From the NCBI GenBank assembly GCA_965220365.1, contig OZ244823.1:2236413-2300412 (forward strand): 64,000 nucleotides of DNA, given 5' to 3'. This DNA is from Rhodothermales bacterium. GTDB lineage: Bacteria > Bacteroidota > Rhodothermia > Rhodothermales > Bin80. The translations under genes were made by a program, and so were the position numbers. The notes beneath the pieces were generated by a model that did no database searches, had not been told where the DNA came from, and worked only from the letters and a program-made list of their open reading frames with translations. This document shows positions 48,983 to 58,716 of this stretch, in pieces (positions within the stretch are counted from its first letter, which is position 1; each line of letters begins with the position of its first letter).

Positions 48983-49867
48983 ATGTCCAATAAAAAACAC
49001 CACTTTACATACCGACCCACCGTTGAAGGTCCGATAAAATGGGAGAGTTGCGGCGAATACACAGATATTCTATACGAGAGAGGGATCCCAGATACGGAAA
49101 CGGCAGGGATTGCAAAAGTGATCATCAATCGCCCAGAGGTTCGGAATGCTTTTCGTCCGCTGACTGTGGCAGAGATGCAGGATGCCTTTGCAAAGGCACG
49201 TGATGATGCATCCATTGGAGTCATTATTTTGACCGGAGAAGGACCGGATGCGTTTTGCTCTGGCGGGGATCAGCGTATTCGGGGAGATCACGGATATACC
49301 GAAGAGGGCTCAGGAACTCAGCGCTTAAACGTTCTTGATCTACAGAGGCAGATTCGAACCTGTCCCAAGCCTGTAATCGCCATGGTTGCAGGGTGGGCCG
49401 TGGGAGGGGGGCATGTATTACATGTCATCTGTGATCTCACGATTGCTGCAGAGAATGCCAAGTTCATGCAGACAGGTCCAAAAGTTGGCTCGTTTGATGG
49501 CGGTTATGGGGCAAGTTATCTTGCCCGTCATGTAGGTCAGAAAAAAGCCAGAGAGATCTGGTTTTTATGCCGGCCCTACAATGCTTCGGAAGCTTTGGAC
49601 ATGGGACTCGTAAACACGGTGGTGAGGCTGGATGATCTCGAGCGCACGACGGTGCAGTGGTGCAGAGAAATTCTCATGAATTCGAATATTGCCATCCGAA
49701 TGTTGAAGGCTGGATTTAATGCAGATTGTGACGGGCAGGCAGGCCTGCAGGAGTTGGCTGGGCATGCAACCATGTTGTTTTACATGACCGAGGAGGGGCA
49801 GGAGGGGAAGAATGCATACCTGAGTAAACGTCCACCAAACTTTGACAAGGACGGATATAAGCCATGA
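48983..49867 (+). CDS. menB: 1,4-dihydroxy-2-naphthoyl-CoA synthase
   Basis: [37 protein letters not shown]. Confidence 0.97.
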   Translation: MSNKKHHFTYRPTVEGPIKWESCGEYTDILYERGIPDTETAGIAKVIINRPEVRNAFRPLTVAEMQDAFAKARDDASIGVIILTGEGPDAFCSGGDQRIRGDHGYTEEGSGTQRLNVLDLQRQIRTCPKPVIAMVAGWAVGGGHVLHVICDLTIAAENAKFMQTGPKVGSFDGGYGASYLARHVGQKKAREIWFLCRPYNASEALDMGLVNTVVRLDDLERTTVQWCREILMNSNIAIRMLKAGFNADCDGQAGLQELAGHATMLFYMTEEGQEGKNAYLSKRPPNFDKDGYKP

Positions 49868-50742
49868 ATGGCAGCCCGGTCCGTGCTTGGGTTTTAGCGT
49901 CTCGTCCGAAGACGCTACCTGTTGCAATCGCTCCTGTTCTTGTAGGATCTGCAATGGCATGGGACGACGGCAGTTTCAATTTTGGCGTTGCCCTAATTAC
50001 AGTGGCCTGTGCGCTTCTGATTACGATTGGGACAAACTTCTGTAATGACTATGCTGACTTTGTGGGCGGCGTAGATACGAAGGATCGAAAAGGTCCTACA
50101 CGCGTCACTCAGGCTGGCCTAATCGCTCCACATCGTGTCAAGGTGGCCACTATTGTGATATTCTCCCTTACAACCGCTCTGGGAATGGTTCTGGTCTACC
50201 GGGGCGGTTGGGGAATTCTTATCATTGGCCTTGCATCAATCCTGGCCGGAATATTTTATACAGCCGGTCCATGGCCGTATGGCTACAAAGGCCTGGGAGA
50301 TTTATTCGTCCTGATTTTCTTTGGTCCCGTGGCTGTTGGGGGGACCTACTATGTCCAGACATTGGAGATTACATCAAGCGTGATTCTTGCCGGTCTTGCA
50401 CCTGGTCTGTTATCCATAGCAATCCTAACCGTCAATAACATTCGTGACATAGAGGAGGATCGCAAAGCAAATAAAAAAACGTTGGTAGTTCGATTCGGGC
50501 GCAAATTTGGCATTGGTCTGTGGGTTGGCTGTGTGGTCATTGCAGCCCTGCTACCGCTCGAATTTGTTCGTGCTACGGGCGACCATGTATGGGCAGGACT
50601 TACCGTCTTAATTTTAATTCCGGCCATGAGTATCCTGCACAAGCTGATTACGATTCATGATTCTGCCGACCTGAATCCGCTCCTAGGACAAACGGCATTT
50701 TTGCTCCTTGGATACAGTGTAATTTTTGCGCTGTTTTGGTAG
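49864..50742 (+). CDS. menA: 1,4-dihydroxy-2-naphthoate polyprenyltransferase
   Basis: [37 protein letters not shown]. Confidence 0.95.
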   Translation: MNGSPVRAWVLASRPKTLPVAIAPVLVGSAMAWDDGSFNFGVALITVACALLITIGTNFCNDYADFVGGVDTKDRKGPTRVTQAGLIAPHRVKVATIVIFSLTTALGMVLVYRGGWGILIIGLASILAGIFYTAGPWPYGYKGLGDLFVLIFFGPVAVGGTYYVQTLEITSSVILAGLAPGLLSIAILTVNNIRDIEEDRKANKKTLVVRFGRKFGIGLWVGCVVIAALLPLEFVRATGDHVWAGLTVLILIPAMSILHKLITIHDSADLNPLLGQTAFLLLGYSVIFALFW

Positions 50743-50793
50743 AAGGCTAGGTATCGTTAAAAATTCTATGGGTAATCCCCCAATCTGATTGTT

Positions 50794-51312
50794 ATGGCAA
50801 ACCGGTTAAACAAAACGCTGGAGAGGAGATTTAGTAGCTCACTAGAGTTTTTACATGCCGCATCTCCTCCACCGGCACGAGTTCTTGACCTAGGTACTCC
50901 AAATGAACTTGGCAGGCGGATGCAACTTGCAGGATACGAGGTCGCAAACACAGAAGGAGACCTGGAGCAGGTTACCACTCCTCTTGGAGAGGATGCAGAT
51001 CTCGTAACCGCATTTGAGATTCTGGAACATCTGGTTTCGCCCTATAATGTTCTCCGTGCAATCCAGGCTCCCAGGCTTATTGCCACGGTACCACTTCGTT
51101 TGTGGTTTGCATCAGCGTATCGCAACCCATCTGATCCATGGGATCGGCATTTCCATGAGTTTGAGGACTGGCAGTTTGACTGGCTCCTGGAGCAGGCCGG
51201 ATGGAAAATCATTCGCACTGAAAAATGGACCAGCTACGGCGCATGTACGGGAATTCGACCATTTCTGCGCCGATTCACGCCTCGTTATTATGCCGTTGAA
51301 GCGGTTCGGTGA
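50794..51312 (+). CDS. Short class I SAM-dependent methyltransferase-like protein
   Basis: VLDLG motif I (atypical DLGTPN), VTAFEILEHL, HFHEFE..QFDWLL. Confidence 0.75.
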   Translation: MANRLNKTLERRFSSSLEFLHAASPPPARVLDLGTPNELGRRMQLAGYEVANTEGDLEQVTTPLGEDADLVTAFEILEHLVSPYNVLRAIQAPRLIATVPLRLWFASAYRNPSDPWDRHFHEFEDWQFDWLLEQAGWKIIRTEKWTSYGACTGIRPFLRRFTPRYYAVEAVR

Positions 51313-51343
51313 GCCGAATCTGCAATCAAGCCCAATTCTCCGA

Positions 51344-52372
51344 TTAAGAAACAAAAATCTCTTCCATGAGAGATAGGTCTAGGTGCGATTTCTTAATCAA
51401 ACGTCTATTCAATTGTAGTATCGGGCGATTCAACGGCAGGGGATCTATGAGTACATCGCGCCCAAATAGATTATAGGTGTCCAGGCCGTGCGTTTCCCCG
51501 GGAATGGCTCTCGCCAATTCGAGCAGTCCCAGCATCCCAATGCCGGATTCATAGGAAGAACTGATGATACATCGAATTTGATTAGCCTGCGCCTGTTTGA
51601 TCCTTTCAATGGTTCCGATCATTCCCCCTGAAAGAGTGGGTTTGAGAACATAAACGTCAGCATATTGGCGGTACCGTTCCACTTCAGGTTCGCGGAGAGT
51701 CTCATCCAGTGCCAGGGGGACATGACTGGATCGGGTGAACGCCGCAAGATCAGTTTGATCCTTCAGCGGTTCTTCAATGTAATCAAGCGTTAAGTGACGT
51801 GTGGCATCAAGAAATACTTGGGCAATCTGTAGGGTCCATGCCCGGTTAGCATCAATGCGGACATCTATATCGGGGTTTTCACGACAAACCGAGTGTACGA
51901 ACTCGAGATCTTCGTCCAATGCTTGTCTTCCAACCTTAATTTTTACTGCCTGGTAGCCATGGAGTGTGGTCATGAACTCAGGATTTTTATGGTTCTGTCG
52001 GTTCAGTAGCCTGCAGCATGCGACTGGTAGCAGCTTGGCTTCTGAATGATTCCTTATTGCTGCATTCAGATTAGATTGAGCGAGCTCAAATCCAAATCGG
52101 ACAGAAGGGGAGAGATTGGAGGCTCCAAAACAAAGAGACTCTATCAGGGTGTCTGGAAGTAGTTTCGCAAGGGCGACTGCCTGGGATTGCGCTTCTGAGA
52201 ATGATTTTTGGCTGAATCCTGGCAGTGGAGCAATATCTCCCCAACCTTCATCATCGCCACTTCGAAAACGAACCAGAAGTCCATCCCGATACGAACAGAA
52301 CTGATTCTTCCACACGATGGGATGAATCAGCGGCAATTGATATCGATAGAGACTAATAGAATCAATATGCAT
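51344..52372 (-). CDS. menC: o-succinylbenzoate synthase
   Basis: GWGDIAPLPGFS, KIKVG, RIDANRAW, YIEEP, ALDE, LKPTL.GG, ISSSYES, GLDT. Confidence 0.93.
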   Translation of the reverse strand: MHIDSISLYRYQLPLIHPIVWKNQFCSYRDGLLVRFRSGDDEGWGDIAPLPGFSQKSFSEAQSQAVALAKLLPDTLIESLCFGASNLSPSVRFGFELAQSNLNAAIRNHSEAKLLPVACCRLLNRQNHKNPEFMTTLHGYQAVKIKVGRQALDEDLEFVHSVCRENPDIDVRIDANRAWTLQIAQVFLDATRHLTLDYIEEPLKDQTDLAAFTRSSHVPLALDETLREPEVERYRQYADVYVLKPTLSGGMIGTIERIKQAQANQIRCIISSSYESGIGMLGLLELARAIPGETHGLDTYNLFGRDVLIDPLPLNRPILQLNRRLIKKSHLDLSLMEEIFVS

Positions 52373-53243
52373 ATTTTGAGAATTGTGTAGACTAGCTGTC
52401 CTCTTTGGGAGGCTCAGTGACTATACTCAAGTTGTACTTCAATAAATAATTGAGAATGGGGTGCCTTAATGCGGGAACTCAACAGCATGACCAAACCCAG
52501 GTCAGTACATTGGTAGGATCTTACAACTTTGCCTAGAACTCCGCTGGCTTTGGGAAATCCCCCACATGTTTTGTATAATATCTCGCTAGTAATCATGTAA
52601 TCAGTCGAACATGTCAAGATCTCTGGAACATATCCTTATTTCCGTTTTACCGCGAGTTTCTCGGACCGAAAAACCGCTGAGGACATCACCCATTCGGGCT
52701 TCTTCTGCCATCGAATGGGGTGTTTCCGGGCAATTATTCAATCACCGTGCCCGTCAAGTCGCATATCAAGATATGCATAAGGTCGTAAATTCATGAAGGC
52801 AAACGATGTGAATTTTCTCGATTTTTTAGAGCATTCTCCACAATTTGCTATTCCAATTTATCAGCGGAAGTACGACTGGGAGGAACGTGAGTGCCGGCAA
52901 CTCTGGAAGGATATTATGCGAGTAGGTCGCGACAATAATATTCCTTCTCACTTTTTTGGCTCTATCGTATTTATCAAGAGAGATCCTTATGTCGTTGTAG
53001 ACACTAATTCGAAGCTTCAAGTCATCGATGGCCAGCAAAGATTAACCACGGTATTGTTAACCTAAGTTCGCCATTTCACCGAAAAAACCGTCTATTTTCG
53101 CCGTATTTCTGCGGTTAAAACCTTCATTCCACCGTGCAGTTGCAGATTTTTGAGCGGGAAAGGCCAATGTAGCGATAATGTAGCGGTTTGGAACACGCGC
53201 CCACCTCCTATGTACACCCCCCCTTCACTGACCTCGCGATCTC

Positions 53244-55142
53244 ATGTATGTCCGCGCACAGACTCATCGCCGAAAAAACGGAACCACCCGCCAAGGATTC
53301 TCCCTCGCGGAAACCGTTCGCGTCAACGGACAACCGCGTAGTAAAACCCTGCTCAATCTCGGCCCAGATTTTGACCTTCCAAAAGAACGATGGACCGAGT
53401 TTGCCCGGCATATTGAAGCCCGACTCAACGCCGAACCCTGCCTGCCCTTTGAAGACGAATCGTTTGAGAAAAAAGTAGCGGATACGGTGCAGCATCTTCG
53501 GGACAAGGGGTACGATATCACCAAGAAAACCAAGAAACTGCACTTGATTGATCCGACCCAAACCACGCATTCGGATTCCCGTACCTTTGCAGGAGAGCGT
53601 GCAAGTCTGCATGCCATGGAGCAACTAAAGCTCCCAGACATTCTCGTTGACGTTGGCCTCTGCGAACGACATGCCAAGCTCGCCTGTGCCTTGATTGCCG
53701 GGCGGATGCTCTCGCCCGGCAGTGAGCGACATACCCATGACTGGATGGCCCATACCTCCGGGATCCTGCCACTTCTCGGACTGGACCTGCCGGGGGAGCG
53801 AACTCTCTACCGATGTGCAGAAGCGCTGTATCCGCATCGGCAACAGATCATGAATCGACTCTTTGGCAAGACCAGGGAACTGCTGGATTTTGAGGAAACC
53901 ATCCTATTTTATGATTTGACCAATACCTTCTACCATGGGAAGAAGAAAGGGCAATTGCTGCGTCACGGGTACAGTAAAGAGAAGCGTCGCGATTGTCCTC
54001 TGGTCTCTTTGGCGCTGACTCTGGATGCATCTGGATTCCCGCGCAGTGTGGAGGTCCTTCCGGGCAATGCCAGTGAACCGGCAACGCTGGCGCAGGCGAT
54101 TGAGAAACTCAATGGATCCACCCCCACCATCATTATGGATGCCGGGATTGCCACCAAGAAGAATCTTGCGTATTTGAAAGCAGAGGGGCTGGACTGGATC
54201 TGTGTGGATCGTGGGAAGGTCCCGGAGGTCCCGGCCAGCGACCCCGACCAGGAGTTGGAGACGGCCAGCAAGGTCGCGATCTCGGCATGGCGCCTACCCG
54301 TACCAGAGGAATCACCGCAGGACAAGGAATCCCAAGAGGAGTCACCGCAGGACGAGGAGCAATTCATTTATGTGCATAGTAAAGCCAAGCAGGCGAAAGA
54401 AGACGAAATTCTTGCCACGAAATGCACGGAGTTTGAAGAAGAACTCACCAAATTGCACGCGGGGTTGAATAAACCGTATTTCCTGAAAACCTATACCCTT
54501 GTGGAGCGCAAGGTCGGGCGCCTCAAAAACGAATATGATCCGGTCTCGCATTTGTATGAAATCACGGTTACGCCAAAGCAGAAGTCCAAGCACGCAGAAG
54601 CCGTTACCTTTACCAAGCGGGACACACATGAGGCCCGGATGCAGGCCAGTGGGGGCTATGTAATCCGAACCAGCCATATCGACTGGTCAATCAAAAAAAC
54701 GCTCCAGATGTATTGGAGGCTCACCGAGATTGAGAGCGTGTTCCGAGCCATGAAGACCGACCTCGGCCTGCGTCCGATCGATCACAGCAAAGATGTGCAA
54801 ATTGCCTCGCATCTGTTTATTGCGGTCCTGGCCTATCATATCGCACATCTGATTCGGTCCCAACTCAAGAAAGACGGTGTGTATGCGAACTGGAATACGA
54901 TTCGAACGCATCTCAACCGGATCCATCGCATCACCACGAAGATGCACAAAAACCGCTATCGCTACTTGGTCACGAAAGTAGATCAGGACCTGCCTCCGTT
55001 TGTGAGTCAACTCTTTGCGAGTGTCGGGCTCGTGTACGATCCAAATGCGACCCGAGTCGTGGAGGAGCATGTAGGGGAACCCAATCCGCCAAAGGCATCC
55101 AAACCAATCGCAGCAACCCCGAAGATTCCCCCAGATTCATGA
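53244..55142 (+). CDS. IS1634-family DDE transposase
   Basis: FYDLTNTFY, GYSKEKRRDCP, PGNASE, IIMDAGI, YW.LTEIESVFRAMKTDLGLRP, HLFIAVLAY; uninterrupted 632-aa ORF. Confidence 0.93.
   Translation: MYVRAQTHRRKNGTTRQGFSLAETVRVNGQPRSKTLLNLGPDFDLPKERWTEFARHIEARLNAEPCLPFEDESFEKKVADTVQHLRDKGYDITKKTKKLHLIDPTQTTHSDSRTFAGERASLHAMEQLKLPDILVDVGLCERHAKLACALIAGRMLSPGSERHTHDWMAHTSGILPLLGLDLPGERTLYRCAEALYPHRQQIMNRLFGKTRELLDFEETILFYDLTNTFYHGKKKGQLLRHGYSKEKRRDCPLVSLALTLDASGFPRSVEVLPGNASEPATLAQAIEKLNGSTPTIIMDAGIATKKNLAYLKAEGLDWICVDRGKVPEVPASDPDQELETASKVAISAWRLPVPEESPQDKESQEESPQDEEQFIYVHSKAKQAKEDEILATKCTEFEEELTKLHAGLNKPYFLKTYTLVERKVGRLKNEYDPVSHLYEITVTPKQKSKHAEAVTFTKRDTHEARMQASGGYVIRTSHIDWSIKKTLQMYWRLTEIESVFRAMKTDLGLRPIDHSKDVQIASHLFIAVLAYHIAHLIRSQLKKDGVYANWNTIRTHLNRIHRITTKMHKNRYRYLVTKVDQDLPPFVSQLFASVGLVYDPNATRVVEEHVGEPNPPKASKPIAATPKIPPDS
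54306..54358 (+). repeat. Short in-frame tandem duplication (30-bp period) in the transposase
   Basis: gaggaatcaccgcaggacaagga versus gaggagtcaccgcaggacgagga, encoding EESPQDKE / EESPQDEE. Confidence 0.75.
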
Positions 55143-56849
55143 TCGATGCTAAGATGAAATTACAAGGTTGGAATTCTGAACTCCAAATGGAGGTGCCGCA
55201 GCTATGTCCATCGGAAACACAAGGGACCCAATCGCGACGAAATAGGTCGGAAAATCCAGACAAAAAAGTCCAGAACCCGATGTGATCCGATGAGATTGAA
55301 TCCGTAAATCTTTGAGACCGATTGTGCTTGAAAAAAAACACTCCAAAATGGAGGTGGGAAGGTTGCGTATTTATTTATCGCTACGAAATGGCGAACTTGG
55401 GTTAATTCTTGAAGCTCTGTCACGACATTTGGAAGGGATAGAAAAAAGAGATGATCTTTCCCCTGAAGATGTTCGCGATACCTACTTAGTTGATTCCAGA
55501 AAAAGCGGGGATCGTCGTTTCAAGATCCTCCTTACAGAAACTGACAAGAAGACCTTATTCGCTCTATTACAGCAGGCGCCACTGCCTCTGAATAAGTCGG
55601 TCCGCATCAACCAGAACTTTACTTTTTTCCAGAACGAGATTAAAAACTTGGTAATGATATAACCCCTCTGTGGATCGGGCTTCGCAAGCTCATGGTCGTG
55701 CAGGCTTCCCTTGAACATGGACGAGATAATCCCCAGTTAATTTTTGAGAGCATGAATTCAACTGGGCGAGATTTAAGTCAAGGTGATTTGATTCGAAACT
55801 TTATTCTCCTAAATATCAAACCAGAGCTTCAAAAACGACTGTACTATTCGTACTGGCAACCAATGGAGGAATTGTTTGGCCAAGAAGCCTATAGGGAAGG
55901 TTTTGACGGATTCATGCGTCACTATCTCACGCTACACACCCATGAAATCCCCAAGATAAAGGCTATTTACGAGGCATTTAAGTTGTATTCTCGCTCGACA
56001 AAATTCAAAACGATGAGTGATGAGACAGTCAGCGAAACTCTGTTGAGCGAGATGTATACCTATGCTGAGTACTATTGCGCTATGGCAACTGGCCGAGAGA
56101 AGGATAATGAACTGGCACAGGCTTTTCGCAATCTGCGTGATCTGAAAGTTGATGTAGCATTTCCCTTTCTCTTGGAATTATGTCACGATTACACCAAAGA
56201 AATTCTGAGTAAACAAGATTTTTTGGAGGCTATATATCTCATTGAGTCGTATGTATTTCGTCGCCTCGTATGTTCAATTCCTACCAATTCATTAAACACT
56301 ACGTTTTCAACTTTCGGTCGTTTGATAAGCAAGGATGACCATTACCTTGAAAGTATTAAGGCTCATTTTCGGCTGCTGGAATCTTATCGTAGATTTCCAG
56401 ACAAGCAAGAGTTCAAACGTGAACTCAAGAAGCGCAATCTTTATAAGTTCTCTAGACGTAGCTATTGGCTTGATCGTTTAGAGAATTACGGACGAAAAGA
56501 GCGCGTGTATATCCATGATTATACAATAGAGCACATACTGCCCCAGAACCCCAATTTATCTGAGGAATGGGTTGACATGCTTGGGCCAAATTGGAAAGAA
56601 ACCCAAAATAATTTTCTCCATACTCTAGGAAACCTTACCCTCACGGGTTATAATTCTGAGTACAGTGATCATTCATTTACCGAGAAAATGAATATGAAGG
56701 GGGGATTTCGGGAGAGTCCTATCAGGCTAAACGAGCAGTTGTGTTCTTTTGATGTATGGAACGAGAAGACTATTAGTGAACGAGCGGAGTCCCTTGCATT
56801 GAAAGCCTTAGAAGTATGGGGATATCCTGAGCTACCCTATGATATAATT

Positions 56850-58131
56850 GGTACTACCGCAATTCGTGTGGAATGATTATTTTTCGTTTTCACCAAATTT
56901 ACACATTTTATGGAACCGGTTCCAGATATTGCGGTGCGTCACAGTTTACAATTAGGTAGCGATTGGAAGATTGATCGGATGGATCTGGATGCAAAAGTTC
57001 AACGGATTGACATCTACATTTCGTATTCGGGTCGTGCGTTGATCTGCCCGAAGACCGGGGAGACGGGGACATTGTATGATCACCGTAAGAGGCGGTGTTG
57101 GCGGCATCTGGACTGGTTTCAGTTTCAATGTTTTGTGCACTGCCGGGTCCCTCGTGTGAAGTCTTCTGCGGGGGTGAATACGATAGCGGTTCCTTGGTCA
57201 AGTGCTTCGCAGCGCTATACGGAAGCCTTTGAATCCTGGACGATTCGATTGCTGCAAGCGACGAAGAATCAAACCAAGACGGCGCAGTTGCTTCGTTGCA
57301 AATTTGATGTGGTGAATCGCATCCTGCACCGCAGTGTGGAACGTGGGGAACGCAGACGTGCGCTACAGAGCATTTCGCATGTGAGTGTGGATGAGAAGGC
57401 GATTCATCGCGGCCACAAATATGCAACGGTGGTGAGTGATTCCGAACGGGGTGTGGTCCTTGATGTGGGACAGGGACGCGACAAATCCAGCGTAACAGCC
57501 CTGTTAGAGGGGCTTCTGGGGGATCTAAAGGACGAGGTCCAGACCATTACGACGGATATGTGGAAGGCCTACATTTCTTGCATCACAGAGCTGTTCCCGA
57601 ACGCCACGCTGATCCATGATCGTTTTCATTTGATCCAGTATCTCAACAAAGCGATCGATCAAGTGCGCAGACGCGAGGTCAAGCAGCACGATGCGCTCAA
57701 ACAGAGCCGCTACGCACTCCTGAAAAACGAAGCGAACCGCACTGTAAATCAGGAAGAGATTTTCCAGGCCATCCAGAAATTGAACTTGCAAGTCAGCATT
57801 GCCTGGAGGCTCAGAGAGGACTTCAAGGCCATCTTTCGATGCCGCACTTTCGCGGAGGCAAAAAAGTACTTTGAACTCTGGCTTGAGCAGGTGAACGAGG
57901 AGGCCGTAAAGGAGCTCATCCAGATCGCCGAGATGTTTGAACGACACCGAGAAGGTGTCTGCAATGCGCTGTGTCATGAACAGTCCAATGCCAGAGCCGA
58001 GCGAATCAACGGCAAAATCCAAGAAATCAAAACCGTTGCAAGAGGATACAGAAAATTCGAGAACTTCCGAAGCGCTATCCTCTTTTTCCATGGAGGTTTA
58101 GATCTCTATCCACAATATTCGCGGTAGAACC
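56850..58131 (+). mobile_element. ISL3-family insertion sequence (1282 bp)
   Basis: Imperfect inverted repeats GGTACTACCGCAATTCGTGTGGA and TCCACAATATTCGCGGTAGAACC; perfect 8-bp AT-rich duplication ATATAATT (56842-56849 and 58132-58139). Confidence 0.94.
56910..58127 (+). CDS. ISL3-family transposase
   Basis: RCWRHLD, VSVDEKA..RGHKY.T, TTDMWKAY, DRFHL, SNARAERINGKIQ.IK..ARGYR; stop codon lies inside the right inverted repeat. Confidence 0.95.
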   Translation: MEPVPDIAVRHSLQLGSDWKIDRMDLDAKVQRIDIYISYSGRALICPKTGETGTLYDHRKRRCWRHLDWFQFQCFVHCRVPRVKSSAGVNTIAVPWSSASQRYTEAFESWTIRLLQATKNQTKTAQLLRCKFDVVNRILHRSVERGERRRALQSISHVSVDEKAIHRGHKYATVVSDSERGVVLDVGQGRDKSSVTALLEGLLGDLKDEVQTITTDMWKAYISCITELFPNATLIHDRFHLIQYLNKAIDQVRRREVKQHDALKQSRYALLKNEANRTVNQEEIFQAIQKLNLQVSIAWRLREDFKAIFRCRTFAEAKKYFELWLEQVNEEAVKELIQIAEMFERHREGVCNALCHEQSNARAERINGKIQEIKTVARGYRKFENFRSAILFFHGGLDLYPQYSR

Positions 58132-58716
58132 ATATAATTGAGAAATATCGTCCAAAGGATAAAGGTCATCAGTATAGCCTATCTGACCATAAGCATCTTA
58201 GTATAGATAGTCCTCAGCGCCCGCTCTTTGACCATATTCGCAGAGAGATTTTGGCTCTTGATCCTTGTGTCACAGAAAGAATTCTAAAACTATACATAGC
58301 GTTTAAAGCTGAGACTAATTTTGTTGATATAATTCCACAAAAAAGCCGCTTACTCCTCATATTAAATTTGCGGTTCCATGAACTAGATGACCCAAGAAAT
58401 CTGGCGAAAGACATTACCAACCTCGGTCGCTGGGGCAATGGAGATGTAGAGGTTGACCTAAGTAGCGAACGTGAACTGCGGTATGTCATGGGGCTCGTAG
58501 TTCAGGCTTTTGAGAAGCAGATGTAAAATGAGATTATGATCCAACACAAGTAGTGGCATAGTCAAATTGATGGGAAATCTCTCAGCGATGCAAGTGCATT
58601 TTGAGAAGAGTGAGTATTCTCGAAAAGATCTCTCGCTCAAATTATCAAACCGTCTATAGTGACCGTTTGAAATCTACATTGGAATTATTATCCCTTGCGT
58701 AATCTATATATAGAGC

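Larger units (their letters stand above)
53061..55401 (+). mobile_element. IS1634-family insertion sequence (about 2.34 kb)
   Basis: Terminal inverted repeats CCTAAGTTCGCCATTTC (53061-53077) and GAAATGGCGAACTTGGG (55385-55401), 16/17 match. Flanking duplication TTAA (53057-53060 and 55402-55405), or GTTAA if the element ends at 55400. Confidence 0.92.
52793..58526 (+). pseudogene. gmrSD: Disrupted GmrSD-type (type IV restriction-like) gene, DUF262-DUF1524-DUF5655-like; segments 52793-53060, 55406-56849 and 58140-58526
   Basis: DUF262 motifs IPIYQRKYDW, DGQQR, FESMN; HNH-type EHILPQ..GNLTL..N; C-terminal KLYIAFKAETNF..GRWGNGD. Segments join in frame after removing two IS elements and correcting a 1-nt shift near 55642-55646. 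Confidence 0.9.

Noticed and set aside
52414-52796. Short ORFs 52414-52617 (-) and 52611-52796 (+) between menC and gmrSD
   Set aside because: No recognisable motifs; treated as intergenic or remnant sequence.
57040-57175. Degenerate zinc-finger cysteines in the ISL3 transposase (CPKTG, PRVKSSAG)
   Set aside because: I recall similar loss in other ISL3 members; the ORF, DDE-region motifs, IRs and target duplication are intact, so this is not evidence of inactivation or novelty.
58527-58716. Possible eroded 5' part of menE or another gene remnant
   Set aside because: No frame gave a recognisable peptide; a short MenE N-terminus cannot be called truncated without an alignment.
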